NCBI RefSeq assembly: GCF_028690125.1
Contig: NZ_JAQVBV010000030.1
Location: 2,392 to 66,391 of the forward strand
From: Bacteroides sp.
GTDB lineage: Bacteria > Bacteroidota > Bacteroidia > Bacteroidales > Bacteroidaceae
Reading direction: 5' to 3'
DNA: 64,000 bases
Made by a program: the position numbers and the translations under genes
The notes under the pieces: generated by a model
The model's input: only the letters and a program-made list of their open reading frames with translations
Databases searched by the model: none
Told to the model about the DNA's origin: nothing
Part shown: piece after piece, positions 1 to 7,060 of the stretch
Numbering within the stretch: position 1 is the stretch's first letter
Layout: each line of letters begins with the position of its first letter

Positions 1-79
1 TAAAACAATAATATGGCATATCGAAAAATCAATATGCCATATTATGCCAGATCAGGTGAAAACTTTTAGAGTTTACGCT

Positions 80-394
80 TTAGTAATTGATGTTAAATCG
101 ATCTCTGATCTTGTTCTCCTTGCCTTGTAGCTTTTTGTCCTCTTCCGTCATTTCGGAAGGTGCTCTAAGCCTAGCCAGCTTGTCTCTGGACTGCTCCGCA
201 CGGGAATTGAGATTGTGCCACTCTTGTATCAGGTCGTCCGTCCGGCTGGAATGTGTGAGCAGGTCACATTTCACGAGCAATTGGCAGATTTCGTCCATCC
301 GGGCTTCATCTTTCACGATGCGCTCTTCGAGTTGCTCCATTTCGCGTATGCGCAATGTCATCAGAGCAACGGATTCTTTTTGTAATCTTGTCAT
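80..394 (-). CDS. Hypothetical coiled-coil protein (prophage early region)
   Basis: 104-aa ORF. Its start overlaps the upstream stop by ATGA (391-394). Charged heptad-like sequence. No family recognised. Confidence 0.5.
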   Translation of the reverse strand: MTRLQKESVALMTLRIREMEQLEERIVKDEARMDEICQLLVKCDLLTHSSRTDDLIQEWHNLNSRAEQSRDKLARLRAPSEMTEEDKKLQGKENKIRDRFNINY

Positions 395-669
395 CTGCCC
401 TCCTCCGGCCGTCTGCGACCGTTTCTTTTCCTCGGATGAGGGATTAATACTTCCAGTTCCAATTTTCCGCTCAAATATCGGGCAGCGTCACGGGCGGCGC
501 AATAGGCGTCTTCGTCTTTATTTTGCTCCGTCGCTTGGCTGACGTAGCGTACAAATACCCATGCTTCGGTCCGATGGCCTTCCAAAACATCTGCCTGAAT
601 GATGCTCAACCGGTCGCCTTTTCGGCGCAGCAGCTCGACGGCTGTCGTTATTTCTTTTTCTTTTCTCAT
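391..669 (-). CDS. Hypothetical protein (prophage early region)
   Basis: 92-aa ORF on the same strand, in a tight series with its neighbours. No family recognised. Confidence 0.5.
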   Translation of the reverse strand: MRKEKEITTAVELLRRKGDRLSIIQADVLEGHRTEAWVFVRYVSQATEQNKDEDAYCAARDAARYLSGKLELEVLIPHPRKRNGRRRPEEGR

Positions 670-720
670 GTGTTTCTGCTTTTAATGTTCTGCTTTCAAT
701 ATTCTGCTTTCAATGTTTCG

Positions 721-1374
721 TCAGATATCCTCTCCCCAATACCTACGGGCTTCTTCGCGCCAGATGTCATAATGTCCCAATGGTCCGATGAAGCGTCCTT
801 TAGAAAAAGCCCTGAAGCCTTCGACGTAGATTTTCAGCGTTGCGTCGAACATGACACTCTTTGCGCTGCGTCCCGTGGGGAGGCGTCCGGTGGCGTGGCT
901 GATGAAGATAAGCAGCTTGTCGCGGTGTTTTTCCTTGAATTCAATGTACTGGCGATAGGTCATCTGTGTGTATTGAAAACTGTCTATCACCACGAAGTCG
1001 GGACTTTTCTGGCGTTTGAGGCGAATGCTCAGATGCTCGATACTTTCATTGTCGAGCAATAGGAACCGGCGGTTTACTTCCTGCATATTGAAACGTATCA
1101 GCGTGTTCTGCATCGTAAGGCAAGCACCTTCCTCCATGCTATCGTAGGCCACACGCCCGAAGCGGCAAAGGGTTTTGCAGAGTTGCATCACGAAGGAGGT
1201 TTTTCCATTCCCGGAGTTACCCCAGATGAACCACACGCCACGGCGTTCGGGAGTGCCGAAAGCTGCTTGCCAGTCGCCTTCAAAAGGCAGGGTACTGAAT
1301 TTCATCGAAAGTACATCGCGCACCCCTCGGGCACTGCGGATGAAGGCGGGTGCCTTGTCTGTGTTCTTGCTCAT
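721..1374 (-). CDS. P-loop NTPase, RecA/KaiC-like small ATPase (phage-associated)
   Basis: Walker A FIWGNSGNGKTS and Walker B-like DFVVIDSF. Its start overlaps the MuB-like stop by ATGA (1371-1374). Confidence 0.6.
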   Translation of the reverse strand: MSKNTDKAPAFIRSARGVRDVLSMKFSTLPFEGDWQAAFGTPERRGVWFIWGNSGNGKTSFVMQLCKTLCRFGRVAYDSMEEGACLTMQNTLIRFNMQEVNRRFLLLDNESIEHLSIRLKRQKSPDFVVIDSFQYTQMTYRQYIEFKEKHRDKLLIFISHATGRLPTGRSAKSVMFDATLKIYVEGFRAFSKGRFIGPLGHYDIWREEARRYWGEDI

Positions 1375-2267
1375 TCTCGCAACCCTCCTTCCCGCTTTTT
1401 GGCTTCAGAGATGCGCTTGCAAGCGTGTATCACACGTTTCACCCGACGCAGGTCGTACTCGCCCTGCATTGCCTCGCGCAATACTCGCTTTATCTCGGCC
1501 GGATCGGTCAGTCCGTTTGCCCGGCAAATGGCATACACATCCTGCTCGGTAGTTGCGCTCACGTCGAAAAACTTGCGACCAATACGGCTGTTTATCTCCT
1601 TATAGCCCTTCTTATTGTAACGTATGCCGTTCTCGATGCGGCGTTTGATGTAGTCGGTAGAGAGAAAAACAATTCCACACTTATCCTCCAGCCGGTTGTA
1701 GATGGAGATGAAATAGTTGAAAACAGAATCTGTGAGCTTATCGCCTTCGTCAAAGATAAGAATCGGGTTTTTAAGGAAAGCAATCATGCCGATGGCATAC
1801 TCCAAAATGTCGCGCAAGTTTGTACCGTCCGCCGGAGCTCCCACCTGCTTGGCAATCTCGCGCACAAAGTCGCTCTTCCTCATGTCCTCCGAACAGAGGA
1901 TGTAGAACACGTTGCGGTGCGCACGGCGGTATTCGATGGCAGCCGTGGTCTTGCCACATCCGGCATCGCCCACAAGCCAGGTGACGTTGCGGAAAGACTG
2001 CGCATCGGTCATGGCAAACGTAATTCGGGCAAAAGTCTGACTGTCGTGCAGCGTCCAGCGTTCGAGACTGTAGCCGATCTGCGTGGCGATGCGAACAAAC
2101 ATATCGTCGCTGATATTCAGGTACTTTCCGTTGCCAATCTGCGAAACGGTAGCAGCGCTCACTCCGTTCAGGCTCTCGCTGGCACGGTTCTGCGAAGGAT
2201 AGTTGGCGCAATACTCCATCAGAGCGTCGCGAATAGCGTCCTTGTCTTGTTTGGTAAGTTCTTTCAT
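1371..2267 (-). CDS. MuB-like AAA+ transposition ATPase (DNA transposition protein B)
   Basis: GDAGCGKTTAAIEYRR parallels Mu B GNPGVGKTEAAREYRR. Walker B ILIFDEGD. N-terminal HTH-like NGVSAATVSQIGNGKY. Lies immediately downstream of the DDE transposase. Confidence 0.85.
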   Translation of the reverse strand: MKELTKQDKDAIRDALMEYCANYPSQNRASESLNGVSAATVSQIGNGKYLNISDDMFVRIATQIGYSLERWTLHDSQTFARITFAMTDAQSFRNVTWLVGDAGCGKTTAAIEYRRAHRNVFYILCSEDMRKSDFVREIAKQVGAPADGTNLRDILEYAIGMIAFLKNPILIFDEGDKLTDSVFNYFISIYNRLEDKCGIVFLSTDYIKRRIENGIRYNKKGYKEINSRIGRKFFDVSATTEQDVYAICRANGLTDPAEIKRVLREAMQGEYDLRRVKRVIHACKRISEAKKREGGLRE

Positions 2268-2318
2268 TGGTTTGCTTGATATTTAAATAGTAATTAAATA
2301 CAGATTAATCGGTTCACA

Positions 2319-4406
2319 TCAATTCAGGAAACTCTCATACAGATCGATATCCGTGAGCTGAGAAGCCGCCTTGGTGAACTCTCCCACCGAAGCGATTCCG
2401 GGGCTTTCCTCCACGTCGGGCTCTGATGTGCCCGGACCTGTGCCCTGCGGATATTCTACCGGAGCTTTCAGCGTGCCTTCGGCATACGCCTCACGATAGC
2501 TGTTCATCGCCTTAGACGATACTCCTACGGGACGAGGAACTGCCAGACGGGTGTAGGCCTCGCTCATGCACTCTTCGAGCAACAACTCCTCGGAAGCAAT
2601 GTGATGGGCCACCCGTGCACGCTCGTTGTTCCGCAACTGTGTGAAAAGGTAATCATTCTCCTCCTCCGTGCGGTCGGCAGTGGCACGGTGAATCTTGACT
2701 TTCGGAGTGGCGGTGGCCACATAGATTAATCCTGCTGCCGTAGGTTGCCACAACTCAATCACAGTCATGTCCTTCGGATCATAGCGATAACGGAAACTCT
2801 CGCCCACGTGCTGCATATGAAAATTAAGATCCACCTGCCCGTCGTCGGCATACACCTGATAACGGTACTCCCGCTTATCCATCTCGAAGCAAAATCCCTG
2901 CTTGCCATATTTCACGTCCGTGGTGGAGAACATCTTGAAAAGATCTGCCACTTCACAGTCGTCCAGCGTTTCCGCATTGGGGCTGGAGAGCGAGGTGTAC
3001 ATCTCCATCCGCGTCATCCCGGTTTCGGACGTGGGATGCTCCATCGCGTTCCACTCGTCACGGCACTTCACATACTGTTCCTTCATCTCCTCCAGTGTCG
3101 GCAAACGGTCGATATTCGCCATAATCAGGTCCAGATTGGCGTGACTGCTCTCCTTGACAGCCGTAATGTTCTGCCCCGTGAAATTATAAAGCCCATGAAG
3201 CACCTGCTGTTGGAAACGTCCGAAAGCACTCTCGATTGTTTTCGACTGACCGTTGTGAGGCATCGTCGTCTTGTGCAAACGACAAATCTTACCGAAAAAG
3301 GCTTGAGCAGCCTTCGTCTTATGACCACCCTGATTGTCGGTCACAATCTCATGAGGTTTCACCTTCCATAATTCCAAAGCCATACGGTAAGCCTCATATT
3401 GAGTAAGAAAGCTCTCACGACCAAACGAATATCCCAAAAAGACTTCTGTACAAGCATCCATCACCTCATAAACGTCGATCGTGCGAGCCACCATCCGCTT
3501 CTGACGCTTGTCATAATCCTTATAATAAAGGTTCAACTTCGTTCCGTCGCCATACCAAAGCGTATTGGGCAACTTCGGCAGTTGAGTATCGAACTGAGGC
3601 ATAAACTCATTCTTGAAAGCCACCTCTCCATGAACAGACGCGTACCACCACAACCTGACAGCCGTCTTATAAAGGAAACCCGTCACCGTGTGAGGAGACT
3701 CAATCCGATTCAGTCCCTTTGCGGGAGCCAGACGATTGTACTCCTCAAAAATCTGCATATCTGTGTACACGGGAAACTTGCTGCGTTTCAGTCTCAACAA
3801 AAGCCGGCCCTCCTGCGGGCCTACCTTGCGGGCGGACTGATTACCCGTATTGCCATTAACTAAAACGACATAGCCATATTTCTTATAATCATTGAACTTC
3901 TCCATCAAACGCGATTTTGGCAAAGTATGTCCATAACGCTCGCGAAGGTGCTCGCACAAGCCGGTAATAGTGTCACGCACCAGTTTCGAATGACGGTATC
4001 CACTCTTACCGTGCATACCCTTCATGTCCATCTCTTTAGCCACCATAGCGTTCAACACCTTGGCATTCAGTACATACTCCGTTTGCCGCTCGATAGTAAT
4101 CCTCGGCGTGTACCTACGGAAGAACTCAACAGCCTTTTCATCTCCTTTCAACCGCTCATTCAGTGGTATTTTAGGTGTTTGAAGCTGCTGCTTCGCCCCG
4201 GGATGCCTCGCGTCATAACGCGCACGAATGGCCTCGGGCATACTTTCGTAATCAACCAAAGCTTTACGACCATTGCCGCCTTTCCGCAAAACCGAAAACT
4301 TATTCTCACGCACGTGCTTGTCGAAGTTCGGCTTACTCATGATACCGTCTCTTACAAGCTCATCGTATGTCACGCATAATCTCTTCCCAAATATTTCCAT
4401 AATCAC
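2319..4406 (-). CDS. MuA-like DDE transposase (retroviral-integrase superfamily)
   Basis: 695 aa. Candidate catalytic triad is WYGDGT, IVTDNQGGH and SKTIESAFG, with exactly 35 residues between the second D and the E. Followed by a MuB-like gene. Confidence 0.85.
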   Translation of the reverse strand: MIMEIFGKRLCVTYDELVRDGIMSKPNFDKHVRENKFSVLRKGGNGRKALVDYESMPEAIRARYDARHPGAKQQLQTPKIPLNERLKGDEKAVEFFRRYTPRITIERQTEYVLNAKVLNAMVAKEMDMKGMHGKSGYRHSKLVRDTITGLCEHLRERYGHTLPKSRLMEKFNDYKKYGYVVLVNGNTGNQSARKVGPQEGRLLLRLKRSKFPVYTDMQIFEEYNRLAPAKGLNRIESPHTVTGFLYKTAVRLWWYASVHGEVAFKNEFMPQFDTQLPKLPNTLWYGDGTKLNLYYKDYDKRQKRMVARTIDVYEVMDACTEVFLGYSFGRESFLTQYEAYRMALELWKVKPHEIVTDNQGGHKTKAAQAFFGKICRLHKTTMPHNGQSKTIESAFGRFQQQVLHGLYNFTGQNITAVKESSHANLDLIMANIDRLPTLEEMKEQYVKCRDEWNAMEHPTSETGMTRMEMYTSLSSPNAETLDDCEVADLFKMFSTTDVKYGKQGFCFEMDKREYRYQVYADDGQVDLNFHMQHVGESFRYRYDPKDMTVIELWQPTAAGLIYVATATPKVKIHRATADRTEEENDYLFTQLRNNERARVAHHIASEELLLEECMSEAYTRLAVPRPVGVSSKAMNSYREAYAEGTLKAPVEYPQGTGPGTSEPDVEESPGIASVGEFTKAASQLTDIDLYESFLN

Positions 4407-4654
4407 ATAGCTTTATAAATAAATGAAATACCGGGCTACATCTCGTCCGGCATCTTTTTAAGAATCATTTTAGAGAATGCTCCTCCGAAAAGAAACTATT
4501 AAAACAGATCTCCACTCTCAAACTGCTTTCCCAATCATAGAATTCATATCCTCACATTCCCTCCACATCATCTCCTATCTCCGAAATGCAATAAATATAT
4601 TATCAAACACAAAGTCCTTTAAATTGGGAATGCGCAGCATAACATCATCGATAA

Positions 4655-4700
4655 AGAATACAAACTATAAGAAATACAAACTATAAGAAATACAAAAACG
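4655..4700. repeat. Tandem direct repeat, 15-16 bp x ~3 (AGAAATACAAACTATA)
   Basis: Units start at 4655, 4670 and 4686. The third unit decays into AAAAACG. Confidence 0.85.
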
Positions 4701-4740
4701 TCATCAAGAACAAAAGCTTTTAATCTCCGAATCAATAACA

Positions 4741-4940
4741 GTCTCCACTTCCTCTCATATATTGTCTGTTCTCTCATACATCCTTCACCCTCATATGCAT
4801 TGTCTACCTTCTCATGAATTGTCTACTTTCTCATGAATTGTCCATTCTCATGAATTGGCTACCTTCTCATGAATTCTCCATTCTCTCATGCGTTCCTTCA
4901 TTCTCTTTCACGCATTATCTAGTCCCTCATGAATTTTCCC
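4741..4940. repeat. Degenerate tandem array, ~19 bp x ~10 (plus-strand core TCTCATGAATTG; minus strand AATTCATGAGAA)
   Basis: CTCAT anchors at 4754, 4773, 4790, 4811, 4830, 4847, 4866, 4885, about 4906 (decayed) and 4926, with spacings of 17-21 bp. The central four copies are near-identical and the edges are decayed. Confidence 0.9.
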
Positions 4941-4947
4941 CAACCCA

Positions 4948-5127
4948 TCATTCAGCTCCTTTTTCGTCTTCCAAAGCTCGACCCAACAACATAGCTATGA
5001 CCAAGACAATCAGCACACCAGCCGTGCAAGCCTCCTTAAACGTTATATCCAATTTGTCAGTCGTATTAAGAGCCACAATCATCCCAGCCACAGCAGCCAC
5101 ATTCTGAATCCATCTGATCGTTTTCAT
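4948..5127 (-). CDS. Small hydrophobic protein, 59 aa, below the ORF-track cutoff
   Basis: My translation is MKTIRWIQNVAAVAGMIVALNTTDKLDITFKEACTAGVLIVLVIAMLLGRALEDEKGAE, which has two hydrophobic segments. Same strand as the early operon. The stop abuts the repeat array. Confidence 0.35.
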   Translation of the reverse strand: MKTIRWIQNVAAVAGMIVALNTTDKLDITFKEACTAGVLIVLVIAMLLGRALEDEKGAE

Positions 5128-5199
5128 ATTATTCTCTCTTTTAAATTAAGTACCACAACACAATTCAATCATAAGTGACCAATAACGGAGTGATTTTAT

Positions 5200-5282
5200 C
5201 TGTCATTCAGACAACCGGAAGAAGTAAAAATCTCCTCTTCTTAAAACACAAAGAAGAAATTCTTCGCTACACTCAGAATGAC
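5200..5282. repeat. Imperfect hairpin repeat of the GTCATTCTGAG...GAAGAATC Bacteroides intergenic family
   Basis: Left arm CTGTCATTCAGACAACCGGAAGAAGTAAAAATC. Right arm GAAATTCTTCGCTACACTCAGAATGAC. A related copy lies at 47004-47082. Confidence 0.7.
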
Positions 5283-5367
5283 TAATTATCAGCCAAATCT
5301 CAATTCATGAATAACATCCAATTTAGCAACATCTCATGAAACCATTATACTAAAAGGTTACCATCTC

Positions 5368-5562
5368 TCAACGAAAACCTTCTTTCTCCTCAAACAACTT
5401 TCCACCATGATTTAATGCCCAAGCCCGAATAAGCATAGCCAACGCACTACCGGTTTCAAACTTTAATGCGGCATAAACAGTCACAGTAGACACACCTTTA
5501 ATCTTGGCAATCTCTTTTACTTTCTCTTTATCCAACTTAATGTACCTCTCTTTTTTAGCCAT
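5368..5562 (-). CDS. Small HTH DNA-binding protein, Ner/Cro-like by position
   Basis: 64 aa with HTH-like VKEIAKIKGVSTVTVYAAL. Divergent from the XRE repressor gene and first gene of the leftward early operon. Confidence 0.6.
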   Translation of the reverse strand: MAKKERYIKLDKEKVKEIAKIKGVSTVTVYAALKFETGSALAMLIRAWALNHGGKLFEEKEGFR

Positions 5563-5706
5563 ATCCTTGAATTATTAAATTACTATTTCTATCTTTGGAA
5601 CCATCTTAATTCTTTAAGATATTGCAAACTTAGAAAATAATCTAACATAATACACGCCATTGTTAGGAAATAATCTAATTAATTTATTTTATTTAGAGTA
5701 AAATCT
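5563..5706. promoter_or_regulatory. Divergent-gene switch region with two face-to-face -7 boxes and operator-like direct repeats
   Basis: TATCTTTG at 5590-5597 (+). TAAGTTTG on the minus strand at 5625-5632. Direct repeats GAAAATAATCTAA (5633-5645) and GGAAATAATCTAA (5666-5678) are 33 bp apart. Inverted repeat CTAACA/TGTTAG at 5642-5647 and 5661-5666. Confidence 0.45.
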
Positions 5707-6222
5707 ATGATAATACAAAGATTAAAAGAATATATCGATGCCAAAGGCATAAGCATATCAGCATTTGAAAAAAGTATTGGGATGTCAAATGCCTCCTTTG
5801 GAAAGTCGTTAAAAAACAATGGAGCAATAGGCTCCGATAAGCTGGAAAACATCTTGTCTGTTTATCCTGATATCAATCCGGAATGGCTTCTCACCGGTCG
5901 TGGTCTTATGCTCTGTGATCCCCAAACACCTAAAGAAAACAAGTTGGATGCCTCCCTAATCCCTCCCTCGATACCATCAATAGAAGAATCTATTATATAT
6001 AAAATGTATGAGAAGAAAGATGAAGAAAACAAATCCCTGATTGAAGAACTGGGAGGCTTAAAAGAACGTATCCGTAGCCTCGAATCTAAAGTCCAGGAAT
6101 ACAAATCACTCTCCACCTCTTCAAAAGATAAATCTAAGGGTTTAGCCCTTGCGAAGAATGCTTCTATCGAAAAGCATTCTTCGCAGGATGTGGACAATGC
6201 AACCTCTGTGACTGCCCGATAA
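5707..6222 (+). CDS. XRE-family HTH transcriptional repressor (phage c/CI-like) with C-terminal coiled coil
   Basis: HTH ISISAFEKSIGMSNASFGKSL. The NPEWLLTGRG motif is typical of Bacteroides phage-type repressors. Coiled-coil segment LIEELGGLKERIRSLESKVQEY. Confidence 0.75.
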   Translation: MIIQRLKEYIDAKGISISAFEKSIGMSNASFGKSLKNNGAIGSDKLENILSVYPDINPEWLLTGRGLMLCDPQTPKENKLDASLIPPSIPSIEESIIYKMYEKKDEENKSLIEELGGLKERIRSLESKVQEYKSLSTSSKDKSKGLALAKNASIEKHSSQDVDNATSVTAR

Positions 6223-7060
6223 AAAACTCATTGAAAGAACAGGCACTAAAAAATAAGTACTCGAGAAAAAATTAATCCCTAGCCAGAATTATTATTCTTA
6301 TCAACTTTAAACAACTAACTACACATTCAAAAAACGACCTAAAAGATATCCTGAGTACATCTGACCTTAATTTTATTTCCAAAAGCCAGTCACTGGTTTT
6401 CCTCACTTTGCTAGTCAGTTCTCCTCTTCAGCCTCAGCAACAAATGATATAATAAGCAATCGCACGCACCTTTATGCATGAAAAGCACACTAATTCACCC
6501 AATTTACCACTGTCTATTAACAGCTTACACTTTCTTTATAATCAGATAGCTGCCACTATACATCCGTAATATTTCCCAATAAATCAATCCTTAAACAACT
6601 AAGCACATATTAATCCGAGAAATACCACTATCAAGACAAGTAATACTAAGAATGTAAAAAGTATGTCCAGCTTTAACAAAACGAATATTTGCAACAAAAA
6701 AAGTATATCAACTTAGTATATCCAACAGTATACCCAACTATTTTTTGAATCATTTCCAACGCTCAATACAAATTCCTTAAATTACATCATTCTGATTTTG
6801 TTTTAATGACCATTAAAATAATTAAATAGTCACTCCAATAGTGTTGATAAAAAAGAAATCCATCTAAATCGTTATTCCAACTTTTCCAACCTACCTCCAC
6901 ATATATTTCGGCTCTTTTTTAGTTTGATTTCAACTTATGTTCTCTTTGAACCATTTAAATCCTGTTTAGTATAAAAGCACTTTAAAGCCATATAAACAAA
7001 ATGATTTATTTCTCTTCTTTGTTATATTTCATTCAAACCTTCTATTTATTAGTATTTTAA

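Larger units (their letters stand above)
1..7060 (-). mobile_element. Repressor-proximal arm of a Mu-like transposable prophage. Continues beyond the window start; the outer boundary is unresolved, somewhere in 6223-7100.
   Basis: The minus-strand order (c-like repressor divergent, Ner/Cro-like HTH, MuA-like DDE transposase, MuB-like AAA+, small early ORFs) mirrors Mu attL-c-ner-A-B. The repressor gene points toward the putative end, as in Mu. G+C of the A/B block is far above the flanks. Confidence 0.55.

Noticed and set aside
8-45. 13-bp inverted repeat ATAATATGGCATA / TATGCCATATTAT at the window start
   Set aside because: It is probably just the terminator or spacer hairpin after the 104-aa ORF. 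It is too close to the window edge to interpret.
1350-4379. Long plus-strand ORFs inside the MuA/MuB-like genes (1350..2279 at 309 aa, 2745..3371, 3399..3863, 3927..4379, and others)
   Set aside because: They are antisense shadows in a G+C-rich segment where stop codons are rare. They have low-complexity, Arg/His-rich composition and no motifs. The minus-strand genes carry clear DDE and AAA+ signatures.
4655-4940. Possible CRISPR array
   Set aside because: The units are contiguous with no unique spacers. The repeat length of 16-19 bp is too short, the copies are degenerate, and no cas genes are present.
4814-5107. 97-aa plus-strand ORF with repeated SHE(L/F)SI peptides
   Set aside because: It is simply the translation of the ~19-bp DNA tandem array, and its tail is antisense to the 59-aa minus-strand ORF. 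There is no start context and no independent coding signal.
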